The notes under the pieces were generated by a model, which did not search any database, was not told where the DNA came from, and saw only the letters and a program-made list of their open reading frames with translations. A stretch of 64,000 nt of DNA from the human T2T-CHM13v2.0 reference genome, Homo sapiens: the NCBI RefSeq assembly GCF_009914755.1, contig NC_060938.1. One strand, given 5' to 3'. This document shows positions 53,681 to 64,000 of the stretch, in pieces (the first letter of the stretch is position 1; each line of letters starts with the position of its first letter). A program made the translations under genes and the position numbers.

Positions 53681-54280
53681 AAGTAACTGTGTTTTCTTCT
53701 GTTTAATGATTGTTGCACTCTCCTACAAATTCTCTTTAAGGAAATTTTCCTAGAAGCCTTCTTCCTTGAATTTGTAAGAAAGTGGCTTTTCAGTGGGTTG
53801 ACCTCTTGGCTTTTACATGTAAATACACCGAAAAAAAAAAAAAAAAACCCCAAGGGATGTAAAAACATTGAGAAGTTTCTCAAAAAAAGAAAAAAGAAGT
53901 CCATTTAGTCTGGTATAACTATGAAGTAAAATAAATCATAGTATCTGAGAAAGAAGGGGAAAATATTCAATTGTCAAAATTAGCCTGTCTCATTTATTTG
54001 GCCTTGGAGAATAATAGTCATTGATATAGACCAGTGGGTTTCAATCTTGAATAAACAGAGGATCACCTATAAACTCAAGAAAAAGCCCATGTCTGAGAGA
54101 TTGAATTGGAATTTGGTAGGTACTTATCTTTAAAATTTTGACAAGGTGATTATGAAACACAATGAGAATTAAGAATGTATGGTATGGTCAAATACGTGAG
54201 CAGATGGAACACAAAGTCCCTAGTCTTTAAGTGTGTGGATTCAATCATTTATTCATTTTTCTTTATCCAGGGTTAGATCC

Positions 54281-55004
54281 TGTAGGGGCAAAGATAATTT
54301 CCCCCTCCCCCTCTGAAGGTTCAAGTCTGCTGAAATGAACTGATGAGAGAGATTAACAGGGCAAAGGCATACAAGTTTATTAATGTGCATAAGCATGGAA
54401 GCCATACAAAAAAATGAGGCTCACAGAAAGGCCAGATAGCTGAAGCTTAAAAAGCACTCTCTTTGTAGAGGAGCCAGAGATGGTGGATGCATGAAATTGA
54501 GGGTTAGTAGTAAATGCTTTTTAAGAGAGCTTAATGGACCCAAAGAGGAAACAATAGTTTATAAATGATTCTCTTTGGAAGTTGAATTTATGGGACGGTA
54601 AGGGGCAGAACTGCAAAGCAAACGAAGGTTGTCTTTTTATGCAGATAAAGTTTCTTGGGTAATTTCCTGAAGCGGTCCTCAGAAGGGTAGATGAAAAGTT
54701 TGTCTGGGTATGGTCAGAATTTTGCTTTCTTCTCTTCTCCAGTGGTTAATCTTTCTTGTTAATTTAATGAAATTCCTAGGGAGGGGGTTTAAGACTATTA
54801 CAATTCTTTTAGAAAAAGTTTTCTTAATCAGATAGGGAAATTCCAGAGAGAGGTCCTCCCTGCACTTAGAAGCAAGGAAAACAGAAAGTTAGCAAGTCCT
54901 TGGTTCAGAGGCACTTTCTGAGGTATTCCAATTTCTTTCAATTCAAAAGTGGTCAGCATGCCAAAGCACTTTACTTTGGAATATCATTTTTCTGAGCCAC
55001 AACA
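54281..55004 (-). mobile_element. MER39-like ERV1 solo LTR
   Basis: Reverse complement begins TGTTGTGGCTCAGAAAAATGATATTCCAAAG...GGCATGCTGA. Confidence 0.72.
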
Positions 55005-55024
55005 GGCCTGTCCAGAGATTTGAA

Positions 55025-55318
55025 TTAAGCAAATTAACACAGGAACAGAACAACAAATGCCACATCTTCTTATGAGTGAGAGCTAAATGTTGAAAATATG
55101 TGGACATAAAGATGGGAACAATCGACACCAGGGACTACTAGAGGGGAGGATGGAAAGGGGAGCAAGTGTTGAAAAACTACCCATTGGGTACTATGCTCAC
55201 TACCTGGGCAATAGGATTGTTCATTCCCCCAAACCTTAGCTTCACACAATATACCCATGTAACAGATCTGCACATGAACCCCTTGAACCTAAAATAAAAG
55301 TTGAAAAGAAAAGAAAAA
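55025..55318 (+). mobile_element. L1PA15/16-like 3' end
   Basis: GAAAAACTACCCATTGGGTACTATGCTCACTACCTGGG...CTAAAATAAAAGTTGAAAA. Confidence 0.88.
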
Positions 55319-56842
55319 TGAATAAATCCTGTTTAACACAAGAATTTTATGGCCTTATACATTTTCTAATGACTATTAGCCAAGTGGGAAACTTGTTGAA
55401 GGTGTAGAGAACTAAGTTCAATTCCTCATTTATTCCCTAGATGAGCTATGCCATTGGAGTGAAGACTCTGAACTAAATTAAAAAGAATGTGTTAGACTAG
55501 TTTTTGTACCATAGATAAGATGGATGCACTTGTGCTTTTTAGGTACAGGAATTCAGACCTGTGGAAGATCCCTGGAGGGTTAAGGAATGCAAATCTGCAT
55601 TATCTGTAAGCCAAACATGTAATATGATTCACTCATGCGTATGCCCGCCATTCTTTGTCAAATGTATGTGTGGGCTTTATTGACAGAAAAGTTTTCAAAA
55701 AATCATTTAGAAGCACCACTGAACAATGATTCTTTTTATCAGTTAGTTTAGAAATTATTAATGACCATCAACTATGTATCAATTACATGTACCCTGGGAT
55801 ACAGTAGTGAATCTGACAGCCCTAAATCAGGGAGACATACAGATTAACAGATGATTACCATCTAGTGAATTTAGTGCTGATCCCATTATATCTATCTGCA
55901 GTATAAATTTAGGTGTCTGTAATCCTAGAAATACTGCTTTAAAGCCAGCATGTCTGCTCCCATCTCCCTGTTAGCCTGTACAAATCTGCTCAAGTGTTAA
56001 TTAGTAATCCCAGGAGAGAAGTGCTGTCATTCACAATTTTCTCAAAATTACCTCTAGAAATAGTAAACAGTGGCTCGTAACTGATGAATGTGATGGTTTT
56101 AGCCAAAACATATTCTCAATCTATGTCTACTTAAAGTAGGGCAATAGTCATGATGGGGGGAGGGGTGATAGTAAAAATGCATTAACATGAAAATGTTGAA
56201 AACAATGATGCAGTCCAATTATCTCTTTATAGAGGAGGACTCTATAAAATGTTAAGAGAGATACAATGACATGTTCTAGATTCATGGTCTATTAACTCTT
56301 GATCCTAGGTTTCTCAAAGGGCTGAACTGACTCAAATATACTGGGGACTCCCTCTGCTCCTCACACCTGCCCAGGAGGGTTACTTCTCAAGGTCTTGTGC
56401 CAGCCATTAGTGTTGTCCACTCAAACTGCTCAGGAAGCGTGGTAAGCACGGTCAGTTGTGTCAGCATTTGCACAAAGTCAGTGACTTACGGTGCTTCCTT
56501 GTGGAGGAGTTCTCTATCCAATGGTGCCAGGCTTGGCCATGTGACTTGCTTTGGTCAATAAAATGTGAGCAGATGTGATATGACTATCCACATCCGTGCT
56601 TAGGCTGTAAGAGCCATCATGTGACTCAGCCATGCTCTTCTCTCTGCCATGAGAATGGCATATTACCATAGGAAATAGTCCTTCAGCCTGTGGAGATAGG
56701 GCAAAACAGAGCCACGGCCCACCTGCCACTGGCATGTAAGGTGAGTAGGAAATAAAGCTTTCTTTGTAGTGTACACCCCTGTGATTGGAAGGTTATTTGT
56801 TACTGCTGCATAACTTAGTGAAAGACAACTTATATAGTAGGC

Positions 56843-57045
56843 CAGAGACCTGCCAACTTTTTCTTAAAGACCAGATAGTAAATATTTTAGGCTTGTGGGC
56901 CATTTACAGTCTGTCATAGCTACTCAATTCTATGGCAAAAGCAGCTATTGACAATATATAAACAAATAGGTATGGCTATGTGCCAATAAAACTTTATTTA
57001 CAAACACAGGTCTTTGGCTTGTGGGCTGTAGTTTGCCCACCCCTG
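56843..57045. mobile_element. MER58A-like MITE between MLT1-type LTR remnants
   Basis: CCAGATAGTAAATATTTTAGGC...CCAATAAAACTTTATTTACAAA...GTTTGCCCACCCCTG. Confidence 0.8.
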
Positions 57046-58371
57046 CCATAGGATTTTGCTTTCTCACCTCCTTGAAGTTGGATGTGGCCAGTGAAGTTGG
57101 GTGTGGCACTTGCTTTGCCTAGTGGAATGCAAGCTATTTAAAGAAGTGGTGTAAGTGGTGGCTACTCTGTCAGTCTGAGTCTTGAGAGTTACCATTAGAG
57201 AGCTGAGCATCGGCCAACCTATGCTGGACATTCAGCATAACTAAGAAATAAACCTTATTGTTTAAAACCACTAAGATGTATGGGGTGTTTGTTACTGCAG
57301 CATATATAACTGCGCCTATCTGTACTGATACAGGTCTATCTGGCATTACGTTTCGGGGCACCACCTCTGCTCACTGCCATCCCAGGGCACCTCACGTGGC
57401 ATTCTTTGTTACTGACTTCTTTATAATGTTTGCGTTGTAGACCACGATGACAGAATTTACTTAACGATGATGTTTTGATTATCATGCAAGTGTGGGGGAG
57501 GATTGTTCTATTGAAACAGCGTGACTGCAAATATTTTACCAATAGATCAGTGAAATTCACGTGCCCTTGAACATTTTCAAAGGTATGAAATCACCTGAAA
57601 TAATTTTTTAGTTCATTTTTTAGTGGCTAAAATCTGTTAATAGTTTGATTCACAAGCCTGGCCTTTGAAAAAGTAAAAATTGGATAATGCTGCACAAGCC
57701 ATGTTCTCCCTGGTGTGTAAGGGTTAATTATTGGACTCTTGCTTGATGATGACAGTGCAGGTTCATTGAAGTCATCACTTTATATCACCAGCCTGTCTGC
57801 AGCACTGTTGGGGCCACGCCTCTTGTGCGATGGTTGGCTCAGACCTGTAGCTTCCTTTGCCTTATCCCCTTTCACATTGAAGCCTCATCTGCTGCTTGAC
57901 AGTGCATGCCTGAGAGTTGCTTTTCCACAGTCCCTGTTCTTCTCCTAGGTCTGGTTAATTGCTTCTCTGTTAAACAGAGAACATGTTGAACAGCAGCCTT
58001 AAATTATTGTCCAATTTTAGCCTACTGGGAACCCCTCTGCAGCTACTCTGATCACCACTGATATTTCTAGAAAGTTCCTATTCACAGGGGACTCTTTTCT
58101 CCCTTCTTTATGCTCAAGGGAGAATAAATCACAGAAGCAGCAATCCCTCCATGTGTCAAACTATCAATCCTACATGGAGCTACAAAACAAAAGGCAGTAT
58201 CCCTTTGTTGCCAGAGAACATCCAGTCCCTGTACAAGTCTGTGCCTCAGGGGCTCAGGCTCATTAGCACCATAGCAGTGGCTCATGCTTTCCATACACTT
58301 TTCTCTACCAACACCTACAGTTAGTCTCAGAGTTGTTCTTTATCATGATAGGTTACAGAGCAGTGTTTTAA

Positions 58372-58848
58372 CCATATTACCTTGACTGAGGTATGGTGAG
58401 GCCAGATGTGGATCAAGAGAAAGAAACAGGGATGGATTTTATGGTTTTGAGGCTCACAGTTCCCTGGGGAGACACAGCAGGCTGTGCTGGGCCACTCAGC
58501 GGAAGCACAGAGTGAGGCATGAGGCAGAGGGAGATGGGGGATGGTAGGGAAGCAGCTTTATTGTCGTCTCCAGGGAAAGGAAAAGGAAAGGCAGGGTATG
58601 CAGGTTTAGGATTGGCTAATTTGAAAATGTTCTTGGGGCTCTGGGGCATAGAGGCTGTCCCCGGTTGTCTCATACCTGGCCCCAGGGTGATGAGGTAGGT
58701 CCACGGTGGCCTAGGGTGCAAGAGCCACTTAAGGGAAGTGGTGGGAGTTTAAACTACTTGGTTGACTCCTCAAGAAGGGGAACTGACTGGCCTCTAGCTA
58801 GGGCCTCAAAACAGGGTGAAGACAGTATAGAATAAAAAATATATTACA
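58372..58848 (-). mobile_element. MER54/MER74-like ERVL LTR
   Basis: Reverse complement TGTAATAT...TTTGAGGCCCTAGCTAGAGGCCAGTCAGTTCCCCTTCTTGAG. Confidence 0.65.
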
Positions 58849-59448
58849 ACTAGGACAGATACCAACATACTGGGGGTTTGTACCTACCACAGTTATTCCT
58901 TACATTTATGTTTCATTTTGTCTAGTAATGGTGAAGTGAATGGAGTTCTAGACTGAAGTCTCTGTTTAGGCAGACTCTGAATTTGTTTTCTCATTGGTTC
59001 CCAGAGATGGACTGAGATACCTCAGTCCTGTGGATACCTCAGGCAGGCTTAAAATGTGGCACAAATTCTCTTTAACTATTCAGTTGATACTTTTTCGTGA
59101 GGGCTTCAAAGAGGCTGATTTTCTATTGCTAAAAATTGCATACCTCTCTATGTTCAAAGAAAATACCATTTACTTTATATATGAAAGAGCATTTGCTTAT
59201 TTGGAAAACTTTTATTTGCATTTCACATTTTTTATCACTTCTTACTAAATAGAAGTTTCTCACATTCTCTAGGGATTGAACTAAGTGATAACTTAGAAAG
59301 AAAGTATTGTTCAAATACCCATTTTTTGGCTTTTATGTTAGTAAAATGTTTCCCCTTTTTCTAGCTTTTCTTTGTGATTTCAGAAACGTGCAACTTCTTT
59401 GAACGCATATTAAATGTTTTTAAATTTAAATAATGAACCACTTGCTTT

Positions 59449-60247
59449 TGTTACAGCCCAGTGGTTCTTCTTGCCTGCTGCACAGACAGAACCAAGGCAC
59501 TGAGACAGTAGTGTTGCAGCGAGAAAGATTTAATTATTGCTAGGCAGTCAAGTGACAGAATGAGAGGCATTTCTCAAATCCACTGCCCCAAGAGCTCAGA
59601 GGCTAGGGTTTTTAAGGATAATATGGCATGCAGGGGGCTAGGGAATAGGTGCTGCTGATTGGTTAAAGATGAAATCATTGAGGTCTTCATGCACTGAGTC
59701 AGTTTCTGGGTAGGAGTCACAGGACCAGTTGAGTCAGTTCCCTGGTGTGAGTCATGGGTCCAGGTAGAGTCAGTCAGTAGCCAGAATGCAAAAGTCTGAA
59801 AAATATCTCAAAGACCAATCTTAGGTTTTACAATAGTGATGTTATCTATAGGAGCAATTTGGGGGCATTACCAATCATGTGACCTCTGGCTAGATGGCTC
59901 CTGAGCAGTAAGAAATTATAGAAAAGCAAGCTAGGGGACAATGGTTGGTTATCATTTAGTTACTCCTACATTTTAGCAGAATTCAGGCCCCTCCCATAAT
60001 TCTAACCTTGTCGCTTTTCATTAGTTTTACAAGGGTGGTTTTCAGTCCCTAAACAAGGAGGGGGTTAGTTTTGGGAAAGGGCTATTATCATCCTTGCTTT
60101 AAAATTAAACTGTAAACTAAATTCCTCCCATAGTTAGGTTGGCCTGTATCCAGAAGAGTTAGCTTGGGAGGTTAGAAGCAGAATGGAGTGAGCTATTTTG
60201 CTGACTAGCTTTCTGTCATTGTCATAATTTTTGGAAAGGTGGTCTCA
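59449..60247 (-). mobile_element. LTR8-family (LTR8A/B-like) solo LTR
   Basis: Reverse complement begins TGAGACCACCTTTCCAAAAATTATGAC...CTCCATTCTGCTTCTAACCTCC; TSD CT(T/C)T. Confidence 0.82.
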
Positions 60248-60714
60248 CTCTTAGTAAACAGTAGTATGCTATGCTTTACTCAGTTGTATAATTTCATTTG
60301 AATTCAACAAATAACTACAGACAGCTGTCAACTTAGTGATGTTGAGATTGGGGCTAGGCCTGCAGTAATCCTCTGAAATATGTATGTGCACCCCAAAAAC
60401 ATGTCATTGAGATGGGTAGACACCTGCAAGAGGAGTGCTTTTAAAACGTTTTTACATGAAGATGCTTTCTACTTCAGTGAGACTTTTGCCAGTGGTGTTA
60501 GAAGTTGCTGTGAAAACCAAGATAAGGGGCCACTGTGTTTTTGATTTGTTCTAGGGATTTAATATCCCTCATAGTTAATCACTCAGGCAATTACTGGGTT
60601 AACAATATGTCCTGAAGAAGAGTAGTTTTTGAGCCATGTTCTTTGAATCACTAAGATTCTTCAAAACTGCTTTAGAGTTTCCCATGAACATTTGGATCAC
60701 ATTAAAGCAGGCTC

Positions 60715-61104
60715 ATTATTTCCATCTTCATGTCCATGTAAATGAGGTTGAGTTCTTCACTTGGTTCTCAGCTTTAGTGTTGTTAGTATATAGAAATGCA
60801 CCTGATTTTTTATGTTAATTTTGTATCCTGAAGCTTCATTGCAGTCGTTTATCAGGTCTAGGAGTCTTTTGCAGGAATCTTTTGGGTTTCTCTAAGTATA
60901 AGAGCATGTCACTGGGGACCCCAAAAGTGAGGAAGGTGGGAGAGAAGTGAGGGTTAAAAAATTCTCTATTGGGTACAATGTTCACTATTTATGTGATGTG
61001 TTCACTAGAAGCCCAAACCTTACCATTATGCAATATACCCATGTAACAAACCTGTACACATACTTTCTGAATCTAATATAAAATAACAAAGAAAAAAATA
61101 ACAA
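60715..61104 (+). mobile_element. 5'-inverted, internally deleted L1PB-like insertion
   Basis: Antisense segment 60715-60912 plus sense 3' UTR 60910-61104 with A-rich tail; TSD AAAG(C/T)AGGCTC (60704-60714, 61105-61115). Confidence 0.85.
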
Positions 61105-62541
61105 AAAGTAGGCTCGTTAGTAAGACAATAGCTGAGGAGCCCTGAGGATTGGTCACCTTCTAGCAGAGAGAGGAAGGGCCAAGCTGATTTACAACAGTCC
61201 TGATCAAAGAAGGGTGACCTGTCCAGGGCAAGTCCACAAGCCTCCCCCTCTGTGTCATGAGGCCACAGAGCACTGGAGTTCCATGAAGTCAATGGAAAAG
61301 AAGAGTTCTACTGCTTAAACAAGTTTAAAAACCACTGCTCTAGCATTGTTTATAAGAAAAGAAACTAAGAATAAAAACAATACTGAATTCAAACAGCTAA
61401 TTCCTTAAGACCTGGGAACATTGTGTGTTCTTATGCAGTTATAATTTAATCCAAATACATTGGAACCACACCATAATTCAATTCTAGGTCAAGAGCAGAG
61501 TTTTGTATACAGCAGATTCATTTTGGAGCACTCTCTGGGGATTTGGTTACAGAAAAATCCAGAGGATTTATCTGGGCTGTCTTACTCATAAAACTGCACA
61601 ATGGCCTAGATTTTAGAGATGACATTACAGTGAGGTCTCCTCCAGGACATGCTATGGTATACACCACTATACACCACTTAATCTTTAGAGGGCTCATTTG
61701 AATCACATTATTTATGTAGTGTGTCCACATGTTAGATTTGGCCAGATTCTCAAACTGGGGTGTCAGTTCCACGTCTAGCCCATTAATTTGTTGCCATTGT
61801 GAAGACAGTAGACTTGAATGCCTTCAGAAGGAGCATGCTGTACTGCACAAGTGCGAGGGGCCTCATTCCTAAAGTGATCACACTGTGTTTTAGGGAATTG
61901 TGCCCCTTTACAATGCTGTGACTTTGGGTGACACTCTCTAGCTTCTATAGTACCCAAGTCTGGGTTGCGTCTGAATTTGAAATCTCTACTATGAGACTGT
62001 ATTGTTTGTTTTTAAAGTCGATGGAGCACTTGACTTGGAGCCAGAAGAGAAAGCTTGGGTCTTCACGCTTCTTGATTAATTATCAAGCCAGTTAATTTTC
62101 TAGAGCCTCTGTTTATTCATTTGTCAAATGGGACAAATAATGTCTGTTTCACAGGGCTTGTTGTGAAGATTATACTCTGTTGTGTTATAGAGGTTTAAAG
62201 TGGACCTGTGGGTTTGTATGAAATACAGCAAGGTAACATAAATTAAAAGTAGATGAGGGATAAAAGCGGGGAAAGGGTCTAAAATGGGGTTAACAAGTTG
62301 TACCTTTTGTGCAGATCTATATGCTTGCTAGGAATGAGCCACAAATTTGCTTCTGTGCCCTCTAGCAGCCAAGGAGAAAATGGAAACCTTATTTTCTTTA
62401 ATCATGGTGTCTACGAGATTGGGAACACAGTAGGGAGTCATGAAAAATATTCCTTTTCCTAGTAACTTAACAGAGAGAGACCACCCTCAGGGGTCTGCAA
62501 AAGAGGACATTGCATGGTACAGCCTATAGTGTCTGCTACAC

Positions 62542-62865
62542 AGAGAGGTTGCAAACTGGCAGTCCACCAGTGTCACCATTTGTTGGGATTTTTGTTTTGT
62601 TTTGTTTAGGCTTGATGTCTAAAAAGTTTGATCCAACATTTAAAAGAATCAGATTTTGCAAAAATAACATTTTTAAGTTTTCTTTCAAAATCAGATGATC
62701 AGTTAATATTGTAACTATATATCAAAATTAATTGGCACTGTGTAGCAGCTTTTTTTTAATGTAGCAATGATTTCAGGTTTGCCACAGTCTCCACCATTCC
62801 CTACTGCCTTACTTACTACATTTTATTTCCTACTTGGCATTTAGGCATCTGATTTAGTGACTCCT
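62542..62865. mobile_element. MER102-like hAT-Charlie element
   Basis: GGTTGCAAACTGGCAG...TTTGCCACAGTCTCCACCATTCCCTA. Confidence 0.6.
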
Positions 62866-63058
62866 ATTCTACAACATCCTTGTAGTAGGCTCAGCAGTAC
62901 GCTTCATAAGGCTGAGAATCCCTGAGAGGATTGATTGATATGGGAAAATGCTGGTACTCTGTACAATATTGTTCTACAATAAAAATGTAGAATTAGAATA
63001 TTGAAGTTACTGTTAGAACTTTGAAATCATGACTGAGGGTTTAAAAATGCTTAATGAG

Positions 63059-63426
<368 letters not shown>

Positions 63427-64000
63427 CTAGCAAGTAGTTTACCCAGAGTATCCATTCCAATTGCTCTTTAATCAAATAAAAATTTCAGAATATTTTATTT
63501 AAATATTTACATAGCTATATATTTTCATCAGAAAAGAGTATCACAGGAAAGACATGTTTTAAGTATGCTTTTAACTGTATAAAGTTTGATTGTTAGGCTC
63601 TATGATCTGGTGACAATAGTCGTTACTGTTAGAGGTGAATCCTTGTAAAGTTGTTATTTTTGTCAAGGTCCACTTTGGCTTCTAGACTTGTTGAGTTTGG
63701 TAAGATGTTTTGAGCGCTGAGTTGCTAATTTTCCAGAAATGTAATTTGCAATGAAGATGTTGGATGGGGCTTTCCCAATTATCAGAAGGAATTCTCCAAA
63801 GTTGAAAATGAGTGATAATTATCTAATATTCTAAAACATGCTGCTAGACATGGATATAGAGTGTTTAATAAAAGATGTCAAAGTTGTGTTGTGGCCACCA
63901 GCCACCATCACAGCTCTAGCCAACATTAGAGATGACTGGTGATCTAGGAGGAGATTGTGGAGGGTTATCTCAGTGAAGAGCCTCATAAAGAGTATTGGGG

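Overview
This is primate (most likely human or great-ape) non-coding DNA, CpG-depleted and dominated by interspersed repeats. These include about 20 Alu/FLAM SINEs, L1 and L2 fragments, hAT and Tigger DNA transposons, and roughly 15 solo LTRs, which are concentrated between 41 and 60 kb. I find no supportable protein-coding gene, RNA gene or CRISPR array. The listed ORFs are Alu-, L1-, LTR- or VNTR-derived, or are chance ORFs. The first ~6.2 kb carries a consistent set of minus-strand splice signals and a small promoter-like motif cluster, suggesting the 5' exons of a transcript that leaves the window on the left; I cannot name the gene. The most notable items are: (1) a rare SVA2-type VNTR retroposon with a TSD at 39959-40360; (2) a 44-bp-arm fold-back hairpin inside MER82; (3) a perfected 12-bp hairpin inside an AluY; (4) a twin-primed L1 with an internal ORF2-to-3'UTR jump; (5) an apparently endonuclease-independent L1 RT fragment; (6) a four-element nested transposon stack; (7) two displaced local duplications. 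I see no evidence of a new multi-gene system; the interesting signal is in mobile-element and template-switch biology. Repeat family names come from recalled consensus sequences, not a search, so subfamily calls need RepeatMasker/Dfam confirmation.
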